From: Lytechinus pictus
Lineage: Eukaryota
Length of the DNA stretch: 64,000 nt
Assembly (NCBI RefSeq): GCF_037042905.1
Contig: NC_087263.1
Location: forward strand, 8,062,001-8,126,000
Direction: 5' to 3'
A program made the position numbers and the translations under genes. Of this stretch, positions 1-12,589 are shown one piece after another; the stretch's first letter is position 1; each line of letters begins with the position of its first letter. Below the pieces are notes generated by a model. The model worked only from the letters and a program-made list of their open reading frames with translations. It did no database searches and had not been told where the DNA came from.

Positions 1-539
1 GACGAGTGGATACCAGGCGCGACCAAGAAAACACGTAAAAAGGATGTCTTTTTCAAGATAGGGCACGTTACGTACGTAACGTGATAAGGGTGTCAAAAAC
101 AAAAAAATAATGAAAAAAGGGTATCTATTTCGCTAGGAAAGCTACGTGTTTAGGGTCACATTTGCGGGGATGATAAAACAAAATTAAAATGTTGTATAAA
201 GGATGTCCTTTTTGCCCCAACACTACGTGTTTAGAGTCCGATTTGCGCGAGGTGAGGAAGGTGGGACCTTACTAAACCAAATGGTGTGTAAATTAGGTAA
301 AACCAACGACCGACGGACCCGTGACACAACAATAAAATATACTTGTTTAGGGGTTCATTTCAAGGAATACTTGCCAAGAGTATAGTTTTGTTTCCAATAC
401 TTGTTAAGGGTAGGGTTTCAGACGCCAATACTTGTTAAGGGGTGCATTTTCAGAACATGGAAAATACGTGTTTAGGGTGCTTTTCGAGACCCCGTGGTCG
501 CGCATGGTATCCACTCGTCAATGGAAGTGGCCCCCCGGG
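1..539. mobile_element. Non-autonomous TIR element (MITE) with CCCGGGGGCCACTTCCATTGACGAGTGGATACCA-type termini; left end cut by the window edge
   Basis: Window start GACGAGTGGATACCA is the reverse complement of TGGTATCCACTCGTC near 505-519. A second copy in opposite orientation lies at 25798-26349. Confidence 0.8.
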
Positions 540-2621
540 TTTATTCCTTTGAAGGGGTAGTCCTCATAGTAACTTCCTAGCTTTATTCTTAAATAAATCA
601 ACATGAATATACACTATCATAATCCTTATTCGTATAATGCGAGCGCGAAGCGCGAGCAAAAATTCTTTTTTATAATTTTAATGTATTTTTTCTAAAATTT
701 GAACATTCTGGGCAATGTTTGTTATCTTGAAAAAGAAGTATTTGCAACTAAATAATTACTACGAACTCGAAGTGCGAGCAGAAATGAACTGATGGAAACG
801 GTATCTGTAACATACTTCTTGCAGTTAGCCATGAAGACGTTACATTTTTCAACAATTAAATAATGCGAGCTGACATTTTTTTACATTTTGACCTAAAGAA
901 TAGAAATTCTAAGCACTTTTTGAAACTTGAAAAGAATAGGTATATATATATATAAACATTTGATGCGAGCGCGTAGTGCGAGTGGAAAATTTCGAGATTT
1001 AGACCTACAAACGAGACACTCTATTCATGTTTTGTAAATCATGAAAAGGATGAGTAATTTGGGGTCTTCCTTACATTAATAATGCGAGCGCAAAACGCAG
1101 GCAGAAAATTTTTATACACGTTTTGAACTGATTGAAAAGGTACCCGTTAAGGACTGCTTGCACTTATAGCCATGAAGACCTTAAATATTTCAACAATCAA
1201 ATAATGCGAGCGCGAAGCGCGAGCTGAAAATTTTTGACATTTCTACACAAAGAATTTAAAATTTTTGTAATCAGTTCTATCAATTTTTGTAATCTTGAAC
1301 AGGATAGCTATATAACTAAACAATTGATGCGAGCGCGAAGCGCGAGCGAAAAAAATCGAGACTTAGACCTAAAATCGGGACACTCTGCTCATGTTTTGTA
1401 AATCATGAAAAGGATGAGTAATAGGGGATCTTCCTACATTAATGATGCGAGCGCAAAGCGCGAGCATACAATTTTTATATTGTGCTCTGAAACTGGATAA
1501 TGATTTACATATAGAGAACAAGTTGAGTATCTGAATAAACATGCGCGCGCGTTTCAGATTTAGCCCGAGGCATTCTAAATACATTTTTTATCATGAAAAT
1601 CAAAGCGAGCGCGAAGCGCGAGCTTAAACTATTTCATATTTCCGATCTGAAAAAGTCAATTTCAGCTCTATATTTCAAGCAGTTTGAAGGAAAATTGTGA
1701 GGTGGATATGGCTCGAACTTAATAAAGAGCTGATATTTTTCATTATCATTACTTCAAGTTTTGACATTGGACCGGGACATCCTTAGGACCTATCATCATA
1801 TGAAAATGATGACTATCTTCATATTCCTCTTGCTAAGCGCAAGATGAAACAAAAGAGACAGTGTAATTATTAAATCTTATTTATTAATGCCTAATGAGAG
1901 TGAGAAATCTGATGATATTATGGCCTGAAAACTGGACATTTCAAGCACTTTTGTAATTAGGAATACGATACATCAGTTAATCTATTTTTAACCATTAATG
2001 CGAGCGCAAAGCGCGAGCCAAAATTTTTGATAAACTGTATTGAAAAGAGGATTTTAAGTAGTTTGTTGTATAATAAAATATTGAGACATACATAACTCGC
2101 CAATCAAAATGCGAGCATTTATCGCTATCTGATACGTTTTGACAATTAGACCTGAAAAAGGGATATTTTGAAAACTAAATTGAATACACGAAAATGATAG
2201 GTACCTGATAAATCAAAATTTGCGAGCGCGCAGCGCGAGCCGAAATTTTAATATTCAGACCATAAAACTTTCATTTTTAAAGAGCACTTTTTAAAAATTG
2301 ATTTGGAAACCACACAAAATAATGAAAGTTCGATTTCCGAGGTGAAATATATATTGACTTCCAAACTTGATATTTAAGCTCCATATTGAAAGAGATATGT
2401 AAATCACCTAACAGGGAATGCGAGCGCGAAGCGCGATCGAAAATTTTAGTGACATGAAAGATTATTTTTATTTTCCAAGTCTTCCCCTCATCTTATTTTA
2501 TTCACTCGTCTTCCTTCTCTTCTTTTTTTCCCTCTCTTTTTTTTCTTTCTTTCCTTTTTTTCTTCTTTTTTGCTCCGCCAATAGGGGGGGGGGGGGCGGC
2601 CCCCCCCTGGATCCGCCTATG
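540..2621. mobile_element. Non-autonomous DNA element (hAT-like) with many GCGAGCGCGAAGCGCGAGC motifs
   Basis: The motif recurs throughout, and the element ends in CCCCCCTGGATCCGCCTATG. Homologous copies lie at about 59656-60602 and, inverted, at about 62477-63368. Confidence 0.7.
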
Positions 2622-3024
2622 CCTAATGAATATTCATGACGACTAGTTTCACAAAATATTGCTAAACTTTCAAATTTAATAATTTTGCTGTTATCAGAAT
2701 TTCATAAAATTTTAGTGAATTCTACTTTAGACATTTTCAGCCCGGTGTAACGTCTGCGGCCATAAAACTAATTTCTATATCTGGTCGTAGCCGCGTTTTC
2801 CTCCTTTTGACAAGCTCTTTTTGGCACAAAGCATATAAAGCCTTTTTTGGAATATATGGTTTCATAAATTCGTTCAGTGACGGGGTCTGGTCATTAGGTG
2901 ATGTAAGAATTTTCTCCTTTAAAAATAAATATGTTCGACAACTCTTCGGTTGTGAAATCGATATATTATAGGCTAGGCCTGTAAATCATGTCAAGTGCGC
3001 TGGGCAAGATTATGCCTACCTGAA

Positions 3025-3628
3025 AGGTCAAGTCCACCCCAGAAAAAAAAAGTTTGATAGAGAAAATCAAACAAACAAAAATAACGCTGAAAACTTCATC
3101 AAAATCGGATGTAAAATAAGAAAGTTATGACATTTTAAAGTTTCGCTGATTTAAAAAAAAACAGTTATATGCTCAATACTATGATATGCAAAATAAGAGT
3201 CAATGATGTCACTCACTAATTATTTTTGTTTTGATTTTATTGCTTGAATTATATATCATTTCAGCTTTTACAGATTTGAAAATTAGGACCCTATATTGTC
3301 TGAACCAGATAATGTTAAAACAATTTAATTATACATCTTCGGGTAGGAATGCAACTTTATTTCACATGACAATGGGGAGAAAATGAGAATATTTCATATT
3401 TCATAATAATAAAGTACAAAAAAATAGTGATTGGGTTATGTCATCAGTCATCCCATTTGCATGCCAACTAAGATGTGCATATAACTGTTTTGTGAAATTT
3501 AGCGAAACTTTAAAATGTCATAATATTCTTATTTTAGCTCCGATTTTGATGAAATTTTCAGTGGTATGCTAATTGTTTGATTTTTCTCTTTCTATTCAAT
3601 TAGCTTTTTGTTTGGGTGGACTTGTTCT
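3025..3628. mobile_element. Kolobok-like MITE
   Basis: TIR AGGTCAAGTCCACCC / GGGTGGACTTGTTCT, flanked on both sides by TGAA (a TTAA variant). Internal inverted AAATCGGATGTAAAATAAGAAAGTTATGACATTTTAAAG. Relatives at about 41870-42912 and 57420-57992. Confidence 0.65.
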
Positions 3629-4967
3629 TGAACGGTGCATGCATGGCTCAGGGGAAGTTGTGCAATGAATTCAGAAAAAAAATCAGTGGCTACATGATCC
3701 ATGACGGGGGCGCAATGCCGCTCCATTCCGGGCCCCCTGCATAGGTAATTTGCACACTTGGGATACTTACATTTACAATTTTGAGGGTGTTGTACGTTGT
3801 TATAGGGGTGCATGGGCATGGGCAGGATGTGCCCCCTTGATCCGCCAGTGATTCGTAAGCTCCCACCACAATATAATAAATCACACACAAACCAGAATAG
3901 GGGTACAAAATTTAATCAACATTATAGGCCTACACGATTCATAAAATGAAAGATGTAATCCAAGGCTATAATGAATACTATTGTAGACTTATAAGTATTT
4001 TTCCTGTAAGCCCATGAATATATATCAACTTGAAATGGATCAGTTAAAACTACCGCGTCTTGTCTTAGTATAAGCGAAAAAAAAAATTATAAGCATAAAA
4101 CAAAGTCATAATTACAAACATTACAACTGTTTGGACAATAAAAGGCCTATAGGCATAGGCTACAAACTATAACAGTCCCGTTGAGTATCTTGATGTTGTT
4201 GAAACAAATTCAATTGCAAATTTTACACTACGTTCTAACATGCAGGGGCCGCGGAACCGAGGTGGCGTCATCATCAGCCCCCCTTTTTCCAAAACCGTGT
4301 ACACTGATACGTAAAAATAACCATATGATTGTAATTTTTAGCCGATGATGGTCAGCCCCCACAAGTTGTCTCAGCTAGCCACCCCCCCCCCCCCACTTTG
4401 AAAAACGTTCCGCGGCCCCTGGTACTTTGATTGTTGCAAAAATACTTGGGGGATTAAACTTTAAACAATCATTTCGGTCTTATTATAAGCTACAAACCCA
4501 TAAAACAAAACAAACATAATCATGAAAACAAAGTCATAATTATAAAAAAGTGCTGTTTGTTTTAAATAAATTTACAGTTGCGATACTAGAAATGACCATT
4601 ACCGTTTGTAATTTTGAAGAATAATACTCGGGAGCAAACCAAGGAACTCACATACCTACAAACTATAACAGAGTCCCGTTGAGTATCGTGATGATGTTGA
4701 AACAGATTCAATTGCAAATTGACTACGTTCTAGCATGCAGGGGCCGCGGAACCGAGGTGGCTCATCATCAGCCCCCCCCCCCTTTCCAAAACCGTGTACA
4801 AATACGTAAAAATGACCATATGATTGTGATTTTCAGCCGATGATGGTCAGCCCCCCCCCCCCACTTTGAAAAACGTTCCGCGGCCCCTGTTACTTTGATT
4901 GTTGCAAAAATACTTGGGGGATTTAAAATTCAAACAATCATTTTGTCTTATTATAAGCTACAAACCC

Positions 4968-6933
4968 CAGGCGCGTAGAAGAGAAAAAGAGAGGGGAAAA
5001 GGAAAAGCGAAGGTAGGAAAGGGAAGAAGGGTAGCTTCGTGGGTTTTTTCTTTTTATTCTTTTTTTTTCTCAAAAGAGAAACTCCTTCATTCTTGCTCTA
5101 AATTTATATATGAATTTTGCTTCCGCGCTGCGCGCGGTTAAATTACAATATTGCAGTTCTCCATTGTTTCCCCCACCCTATCTTTAACCCTATTTTTCCA
5201 CCTCAGCTATATGTGTTTTTTGCCAGTTAAAGTTCAAATGTATACATTAGGACATCGACTTAGAGTAAGGTTAGGCCGAAGTATATGAAGTTATCTTTTT
5301 TTTTAATTGATCGCGCAACTTCTGGTCGGGTCGGCTCCAGGCGGTAAAAATCTTTATATCAATTTCTGCCGTCACCTCCATATAGGCAACTTCTCCTGCT
5401 TTTCAGCTCATTATTAAACAACCATAATTTTGGGGCAAACAGGTTCCTAATTTAAAAAGAGGAAAGTATAAAATTCGTGTCGTATTAAATAAAAAAGAGT
5501 ACAATATTTTTTATCGAATTCTATTAAACTTCATGTCATTTCCCTGCACATTCATCTCCTGTCCTTTTTTGCGCCCTCAGTATGAAATTTTGAATGACAC
5601 TTAAGTTTCTTTATCATTCAAAATGAAGCGCTTCAGGATAAGTCAAAGAAATTATACATCATCCTTTTTGTCTCACCTGCATAGCAGAGTGAGACTATAG
5701 GCGCCGCTTTTCCGACGGCGGCGGCGGCGGCGGCGTCAACACCAAATCTTAACCTGAGGTTAAGTTTTTGAAATGTCATCATAACTTAGAAAATATATGG
5801 ACCTAGTTCATGAAACTTATACATAAGGTTAATCAAGTATCACTGAACATCCTGCATGAGTTTCACGTCACATGACCAAGGTCAAAGGTCATTTAGGGTC
5901 AATGAACTTTGGCCGAATTGGGGGTATCTGTTGAATTACCATCATAACTTTGAAAGTTTATGGATCTGATTCATGAAACTTGGACATAATAGTAATCAAG
6001 TATCACTGAACATCCTGTGCGAGTTTCAGGTCACATGATCAAGGTCAAAGGTCATGTAAGGTCAAAGAACTTTGGCCACGTTGGGGGTATTTGTTGAATT
6101 GCCATCATATCTCTATAAGTGTATTGGTCTAGTTCATAAAACGTGGAAATAAGAGTAACCAAGTATCACTGAACATCTTGTGCGAGTTATAGTAGTTTTC
6201 AAAATCAGCACTGCTGCTATATTGAATCGCGTGATGCAGGTGAGACGGCCAGAGGCATTCCACTTGTTTATATAATTTCAATAAATCACAGAAGTTTCAA
6301 GTTTTTGCGCACTTAGTCTATTTTCCTTGTAATGAAGCTCAATAATCTTACAAAATCAATTGAATTAGAGCCTATGGGGTATTAGAGATATGCATTTGAT
6401 GAAACGTCCGCCCTTTGAAATTTCAGAGTTTCATTGCTCTGCGCGGGGAGGAATATCGTCCTCCGGCATATACACTTCTTACTGTCGCTAAATTGTTTGT
6501 AATCAAATCTGATCTTTCCAAGGGAAGTATTCAATATATCTTAGAGAATACCCTTTTCTCGGGACCCTTTTCTTTGCAAGAAAAATTGATAAAACGCTTT
6601 AGCTTCCGCGCTTCGCGCGGGGTTATTATTATTTTAATTTCCGCCGTGGTATTCCTTTTTTTGTGCGTTCACAATCACTTTTGAAAACAAGGTTCAAAAT
6701 CACAATATAGTCAACTGAATTGGAGCTGATATAGGTATAGAGACAAGAGAGACGGCTCCTTTTCATTTTAATTTATGAAACACCGAAAGCTTCGCGCTTC
6801 GCGAGGGAGGGGGAAACTCCCCCTCCCTGCACCCACCCCCTAGGGAGCGCGCTTCGCGCGCTCTGTAAGTGTTGGCACGCTTCGCGTGCATTTATACCGC
6901 CCCCTCCAAAATGAAATCCTGGCTACGCGGTTG
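4968..6933. mobile_element. Non-autonomous hAT-type element
   Basis: 8-bp TSD ACAAACCC (4960-4967 and 6934-6941) and imperfect TIR CAGGCGCGTAG / CTACGCGGTTG. The empty site is visible in the paralogous duplicate near 4492. Confidence 0.85.
5665..6269 (+). mobile_element. Helentron-associated (HINE/DINE-1-like) non-autonomous element nested in the hAT element
   Basis: Subterminal inverted repeats GTCTCACCTGCAT (5670-5682) and ATGCAGGTGAGAC (6234-6246). Also a 5' internal hairpin, a (GGC)n tract, three ~163-bp internal tandem units and T-rich ends. Confidence 0.7.
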
Positions 6934-8581
6934 ACAAACCCATAAACAAAACAAACATAATCATGATGGTCTTATTATAAGTTACAAACCCATAAAACAT
7001 GCAAACATAATCATGAAAACAAAGTCATAATTATTAACAAGTGCTGTTTGTTTTACATAAATTTACAGTTGCGATACTAAAAAATGACCGTTACCGTTTG
7101 TAACAATTTTGGAGCAAACCAAGGAACTCACACACCCCTCCCCCCCCCCTCATCAGTTTGAGTATTGCCAAACACAGAGTAGATAGCAATTACGATAGGC
7201 CTACATGGAGCAGGGATATGCGTATGCTTGGTTCGAACATGCAGGCATCAATCCAAGTGGTGTTGGGATTTCTAAAAATAGTCACTAGACTGGCCTTTGA
7301 CCTCTTACGACCACATGAGACCGTATCATAAACACAATCAGCGCTCGCAATCAGTGCGAGGACATGGCGGCAGTGGAAACGTGGGGATTCTTTGTAAACA
7401 CAGACACGCTGAGCGGCCAAACTGCAATGGCACCTCGCAAACGCCGATGTGTTTATGGGAACGTACTTCCTAGAAGCAAAACACTTGTTCCTCGTCGCTC
7501 GTTGCCCCGCCTCCACACATCAGAGCACCAATCAACGATCATCTATGAGCATTGCACACTCTCATCGGAAGAGGGCGCTACTAATAAATACATGGCACAA
7601 TTTTGAAATGCAACGAACTTTCTGTCACAACGGACTCCTGCAACTGAAAGAGGGTCACTTATATTTCATATTTTTATAAATATATCCAATGATTTTTGTG
7701 ATGTGAGATTTTCATGACGGCATTTTAATATTGTAACTGTTATACCCATACTATTTTCAGGTATCAACATTGATTTTTTTTTAAACAGGGAGCGATGTTA
7801 TATTTTGCCTTTAACCCATATCTCACGCGAGAACGATCAGGGCGAGAGCTTTGCTTGAGGTTCCATGAGCCTAATTACAACAGGAGGGCTAAAGATATTC
7901 GTTCGACCCAATCCATTCCATTTTTTTTTTCAATTTGATATTGCTGATTGACAAAAGTGTATGAATATGATTGAAAATCTAACACTGATTCTAAAAATGG
8001 TAACTACTGAACTTCCTTTGCTCAAATTGGGAAGATATAATAAAATTACTTTGGAACTTTTTTTTTGTTTTGGCTGGCGGAAGAATTAGGGCTATTTTAC
8101 TGTTTCAGTTGATAAATTTGATCCCATCATAGTTATCTTCATAAATTACGATTTATTTTTAAAATGAGCTGGCTACGATACCTTTCTCTGGTCAGATATG
8201 GAATGTCAGATATATATCCTATCCAATGGTAGTAAACATTCGACCCTCTAATTTCGCGTTTATTTTTTATGAATTTTTCAAAAGTGCCAATTAACACACA
8301 AGTCTATCATGTCTATGGGGGAATGTTTTACGCGCGTGACGCCTTGAGCGCACAGATTAGACTTGCCCGCGACCCGTTTTTTCTTACTTCTGGGAATTTT
8401 GGCGGAGCAGTGGTTTAACAAAAAAAATACGCGATCCGTACGTTGCTGGAGCGAAATACCCCAATAGCTTAGCGCGTTATAAAATATGTTCAGAGGTTCA
8501 AATATGCAGCGGTCTATATATGTAAGAACCAACAACTTGGCCGCCTTCGATCGACAAAGTATCGATATCTTAGGAGGGGGG

Positions 8582-8647
8582 ATGCATTTACGTATTGCAG
8601 TGCAGCTCATATTGTTTTTTTTTGGGTTAGTGTAGCACAGTTCAATC
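8582..8647 (+). CDS. Candidate signal-peptide exon of the SRCR gene (MHLRIAVQLILFFF...); the frame does not fit as written
   Basis: ATG followed by a hydrophobic run, about 100 bp downstream of TATAAAA (8478). A phase-1 donor is reached only if the T9 run at 8615-8623 is T8 or T10. Confidence 0.3.
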
Positions 8648-8849
8648 GTAATGTTAAATCCATCCCCATCTTACGCATATCCAAAAAAAACCCTAGTTAA
8701 CATTTGCAATCAAACATGGGAGATCAGTATGGGGAGAAATATACTACCCAAATATCAAATTGGAATGCAATATGTGCTTTAACAAAAATATATATTTTTA
8801 ATCATTATAAATATATTTACATTGTGTTATTTTCTCTCCGCCATGTCAG

Positions 8850-9173
8850 CGGTGATCATAGCTCCAACCAGCTTGCAACAATACGCAGGTATACCTTACG
8901 TATACTACGGCCGCACGTGGGGGACTTTCTGCCTGGAGAACTTTGACATCAACGCAGCTCTTGTTTTCTGTAAAAACCTTGGGTATCAAGATGTGGCTTA
9001 TATTACCAGTAGTGATAATGGGCCAGCGGAGCCAATACCCACGATCATTAATACAGTCAGCTGTACCGGGGACGAGGAGTATTTCACAGAATGTCCTCAG
9101 ATTGAATGGGCGTACCAAGGACAATGCACTCGGGAGCGCAATCCCATTGTCGTCTGTCAGATAGGAGAAAAAT
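8850..9173 (+). CDS. SRCR gene exon: SRCR domain 1 (6 Cys)
   Basis: tcag| acceptor and |gtaagt donor, 324 nt, phase 1-1. Translates WGTFC...VFCKNLGY...VSCTGDEEYFTEC...C...VVC. Confidence 0.92.
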
Positions 9174-9230
9174 GTAAGTCCATGTCCGCCCTTTTAGCTA
9201 TACACACCCGTATACATCCACTCCCTCTGT

Positions 9231-9282
<52 letters not shown>
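9231..9282. repeat. (CA)n(TA)n microsatellite
   Basis: Read directly from the sequence. Confidence 0.95.
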
Positions 9283-9283
9283 A

Positions 9284-10592
9284 GTTTCAAATAATGATGT
9301 CTATATTTTGATGTTAAAAGATGCTCTGTCTTATCTTTCAAATGCCATTTTGAAAATTGAGTTTCGTTCATGCTTGAGCGAACACGAAACGTTTTTGTCA
9401 GGGGTTCTAAAAAAAGGCTTGCGCCAAATGGCATAAAATATTGATCATCAGACTTCATGCTAATTGTGTATTTTTCATGTTCTGTTGGAAATAAATCTGA
9501 ATCTAGTCAACAAACCTCCTTTTAATCTTTTCATTATCTTTGCAAAAAATTTTGAATTCTAATCATTTTGAAATCTATTCATTTACTTGAATTGTTCTGT
9601 TGTTGTTTTTCCAATATGGTATCTTTCAGCGGTGATTTTTTTTTCAAAAGCTAAAAAAATTGACCCAAGTAATAGGAGAGCTTGTTAGTTAATCAAATAT
9701 TTGTATTATGTGCTGCAAAGGCTATGGTGTCTTTTAGTTTGAAAGTCATGAATCCTTATGTTAGAATTAACATTGTCCTGTCAAGCACACAATTTAACTT
9801 GTTAAAGAAATTAATGTCCCCTTGACAATAGGATTCATGTCTTTCAAAGGCACCATAAACTTTGTTGCACATAAAGGATATTTCACAAGCTTTCCTCATT
9901 AATAAAGGAAATCTCATTGGTTAGGTTGACAATAATTTTTTTTTTCTTATCGAAGAATATTCAATGCTATAAGATAGCATATTTAAATAAAACAAGGTTG
10001 TTTGTGAACCACGAGTCTAACCTGATTTCGCGATGATTAAAATATGCAATATAATTTGTTGATCCCTAGATGACCTTTGACCCCATCATCTTCATGAATA
10101 CACATGTAGTATTACCCAAGGATCATATTTACCAAGTATGAACATAATTGGTGCAGAAATAAAGAAATAAGAGCAAGTTGAACAAAAACTTTTAAAAAGG
10201 ACGGACATGACCACATATCATTTGACCTTTTGACCCCTAGATGACCTTCGACCTCAACATCCCTTGAACACATTTGTGGTATCACTCAAGGATCATATTC
10301 ACCAAGTATGAATATGATTGATGCAGAAATTAAGAAATGGGAGCGAGTAAAATGAAAACTAGTAAGAAATCTGATGTTCAATATTGTCTAATTTGATGCC
10401 ATTTGGCGCAAGCCTTTTTTTGAACCCTTGACATAAACGTTTTTTGTTCGCTCAAGCATGAACAAAACTCATTTTTAAAAATGGCATTTGAAAGATAAGA
10501 CTTCAGAGCATCTATTAACATCAATATAAAGACGTCATAATTTGAAACAAAATTCGACTTTTCAAAACTGTCCCATTTTTTTATACGCACTG
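9284..10592. mobile_element. Tc1/mariner-type MITE with long TIRs; left tip lost
   Basis: About 9284-9440 is the reverse complement of about 10390-10548. The right end is ...ATACGCACTG followed by TA. Confidence 0.7.
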
Positions 10593-10756
10593 TATATATA
10601 CATCTCAGAGCAATAGCTTTGATCCAGCTGAGGCATGGCGGCTTGTCATTGTTCAAAACCAACCTTCACCCGACAAAGGAAATTATAATTGGTATGGTGT
10701 CGAAAATCTGTCTATCTGACGGTCAATCGGATCGGGGTCGCCCTAGCCACTAACCC

Positions 10757-10828
10757 GTCTCTGTGGTCTAGTGGTTAAGGCACCGGCGTTCAAAGCTGTG
10801 GGCCCGGGTTCGATTCCCGGCAGGGACA
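10757..10828 (+). tRNA. tRNA-like cloverleaf with anticodon TCA (opal-suppressor-like); possibly a repeat-borne pseudo-tRNA
   Basis: Acceptor stem GTCTCTG/CAGGGAC, D stem GTCT/AGGC, anticodon stem CCGGC/GCTGT with loop GTTCAAA, T stem CCGGG/CCCGG with loop TTCGATT. A T6 run follows directly. Confidence 0.6.
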
Positions 10829-10950
10829 TTTTTTCGGCATCACCAATTTTTCCAAAGGGTAGATAGCTCTGGGGAACCTTGATTTAAGCTACGCCTACCT
10901 TTGTTCTCTTCATACATTTCTTTAAAATATATATATATACATATATACAT

Positions 10951-11749
10951 GAAGAGCTCACCTGCGAAAGGGGTTAGGTCAATTTTTCATCAAATTTGAT
11001 TTAGTTTTGTCTCAATGTATATAATTTTTAGTAGCTCTATAAGATGATACCAAAGAAAAGTTGAAATTCCCATTAAAAATTGAATTAAAATGGCAAATTA
11101 AATCCCCTTTTTTTCAAAAGGGGTTAGGTCCATTTCAGTTTGGTTGCAAAAGGGGTTCGGTCCACACATAATTTTTTTGGAAAAGAATATTTAAAAGAAT
11201 ATAAAGACAGATAGATTTCTTTTATACCAGATTTTGTGTTCTCATGGTAGGGTATCAGGAAAATTTAGTTTCGCATAAGAATTTTGTAATATGGGAGAAT
11301 TAAAAAAAAATGTTTTTCTTGGAGTGGACCCTTTTGCAACCAAACTCTTCTGAAGACCTCATTTTTTCAAATAGGGTTAGGTCCATTTTTCATAAATTTT
11401 ATGGTTAACTGTCTCAAAACCTGTAAGTTTTTAGTCGCTCTGATGATTCCAAAGAAATTTCGAAATTCAAATAAAATCGTAATTAAGATTGACAAAGAAA
11501 AATAACTTTGATTCATTTCAGTTTGCGTGCAAAAGGGGTTAGGTCCGCAATGATATTTTTTTAAATAATAAATAGAAACAAATTCAAAATAGGTAGATTT
11601 TTTTAATACCCAATTTGAAGCTCACATGATAGGGTAGTACAGCATGACAATTTAGTTTCTAATAAGAATATTGCAGTAAGTGAAAATAAAAAAACATGTT
11701 TTTCTCGGAATGGTCTAAAGTGGACCTAACCCCTTTTGCAACTAAACTC

Positions 11750-11752
<3 letters not shown>
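10951..11752. mobile_element. MITE with GAAGAG...CTCTTC termini and repeated AAAAGGGGTTAGGTCCA motifs (superfamily uncertain, possibly Sola1)
   Basis: TIR of about 30 bp with AT-rich 4-mer flanks. An inverted second copy lies at 21373-22164. Confidence 0.75.

Positions 11753-11816
<64 letters not shown>
11753..11816. repeat. (AT)n microsatellite
   Basis: Read directly from the sequence. Confidence 0.95.
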
Positions 11817-11819
<3 letters not shown>

Positions 11820-12271
11820 GACTTTACGAAACTATGTATGGATGTATGTATAATATATATCGTCGGCCTAGTACCAAAAGAGCCTAAACCCAATTTTGGG
11901 GTGATTTGAGTTATTTGTGTCATCGTGTACGTCTTGACATACTTTTTAAAATGATGTCCTTAATTTTTGAAAATTTGTTAAAATTATGTAGATAATTATG
12001 AATTCCATAAGCCCTAAACGAGTATCCCGGCTTATCCGTCTGCCAAAAGGGCTTTGAATAGGGTGACATTGAACACAAGGGTATTACCATACATAATGCA
12101 TTACAATAGACCTTTTGGCACGATTATATTCATCGCGCCTCATTCATATTTCTTTAGGCCAAAAGTCACTATTGGGTGCGCACACTGTTATTACGAAGAC
12201 ACGTGCCAGTTGATGTCTCATGCCAAAAGGGCACAATTAAAATAACGCATGCATATTTTCAAATTGTTTAG

Positions 12272-12589
12272 CGACGTCTATTGTGCAAACAATACCTGGC
12301 TTTCCTGAATATGGTCGGGTAGAAGTAACAATAACTGAGCACCGATTTCGAGGAACCATCTGCAATGACACGATGACTCAAGCTGTGGCCGACGTGGTCT
12401 GCCGGGACGCAGGTTTTTTACGAGGAGCGCGAAGGTTCTTTACCATAGGAGAAGGGCAGACTTGGTACATTTTTGAAAACGTAAGCTGCACTGGGGATGA
12501 AGACAGTTTTACCGATTGCAGGAGCCATCTGGTCTCAGTTCATGAATCGAACTGCAATCACAATCAAGACATGGGAGTCGAATGTTTTG
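12272..12589 (+). CDS. SRCR gene exon: SRCR domain 2 (6 Cys)
   Basis: tttag| acceptor and |gtaagc donor, 318 nt, phase 1-1. Translates GRVEV...GTICND...ADVVCRDAGF...NVSCTGDEDSFTDC...CNHNQDMGVEC. Confidence 0.93.

Larger units (their letters stand above)
4090..7130. repeat. Local tandem duplication of about 497 bp; each copy carries a short CAGGGGCCGCGGAAC MITE, and the second copy is split by a 2-kb insertion
   Basis: TACAAACTATAACAG...CAGGGGCCGCGGAACCGAGGTGGC occurs at about 4160 and 4657. The second copy resumes at 6934. Confidence 0.8.

Noticed and set aside
2741..2970. Stretch open on both strands with an apparent acceptor and donor
   Set aside because: No recognisable protein. The acceptor-like TTTTCAGCCCGG matches the end of a MITE family also seen near 48440.
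7190..7679. Overlapping ORFs upstream of the SRCR exons
   Set aside because: No signal peptide, domain motif or suitable phase-1 donor. It may be regulatory, but I cannot support that.
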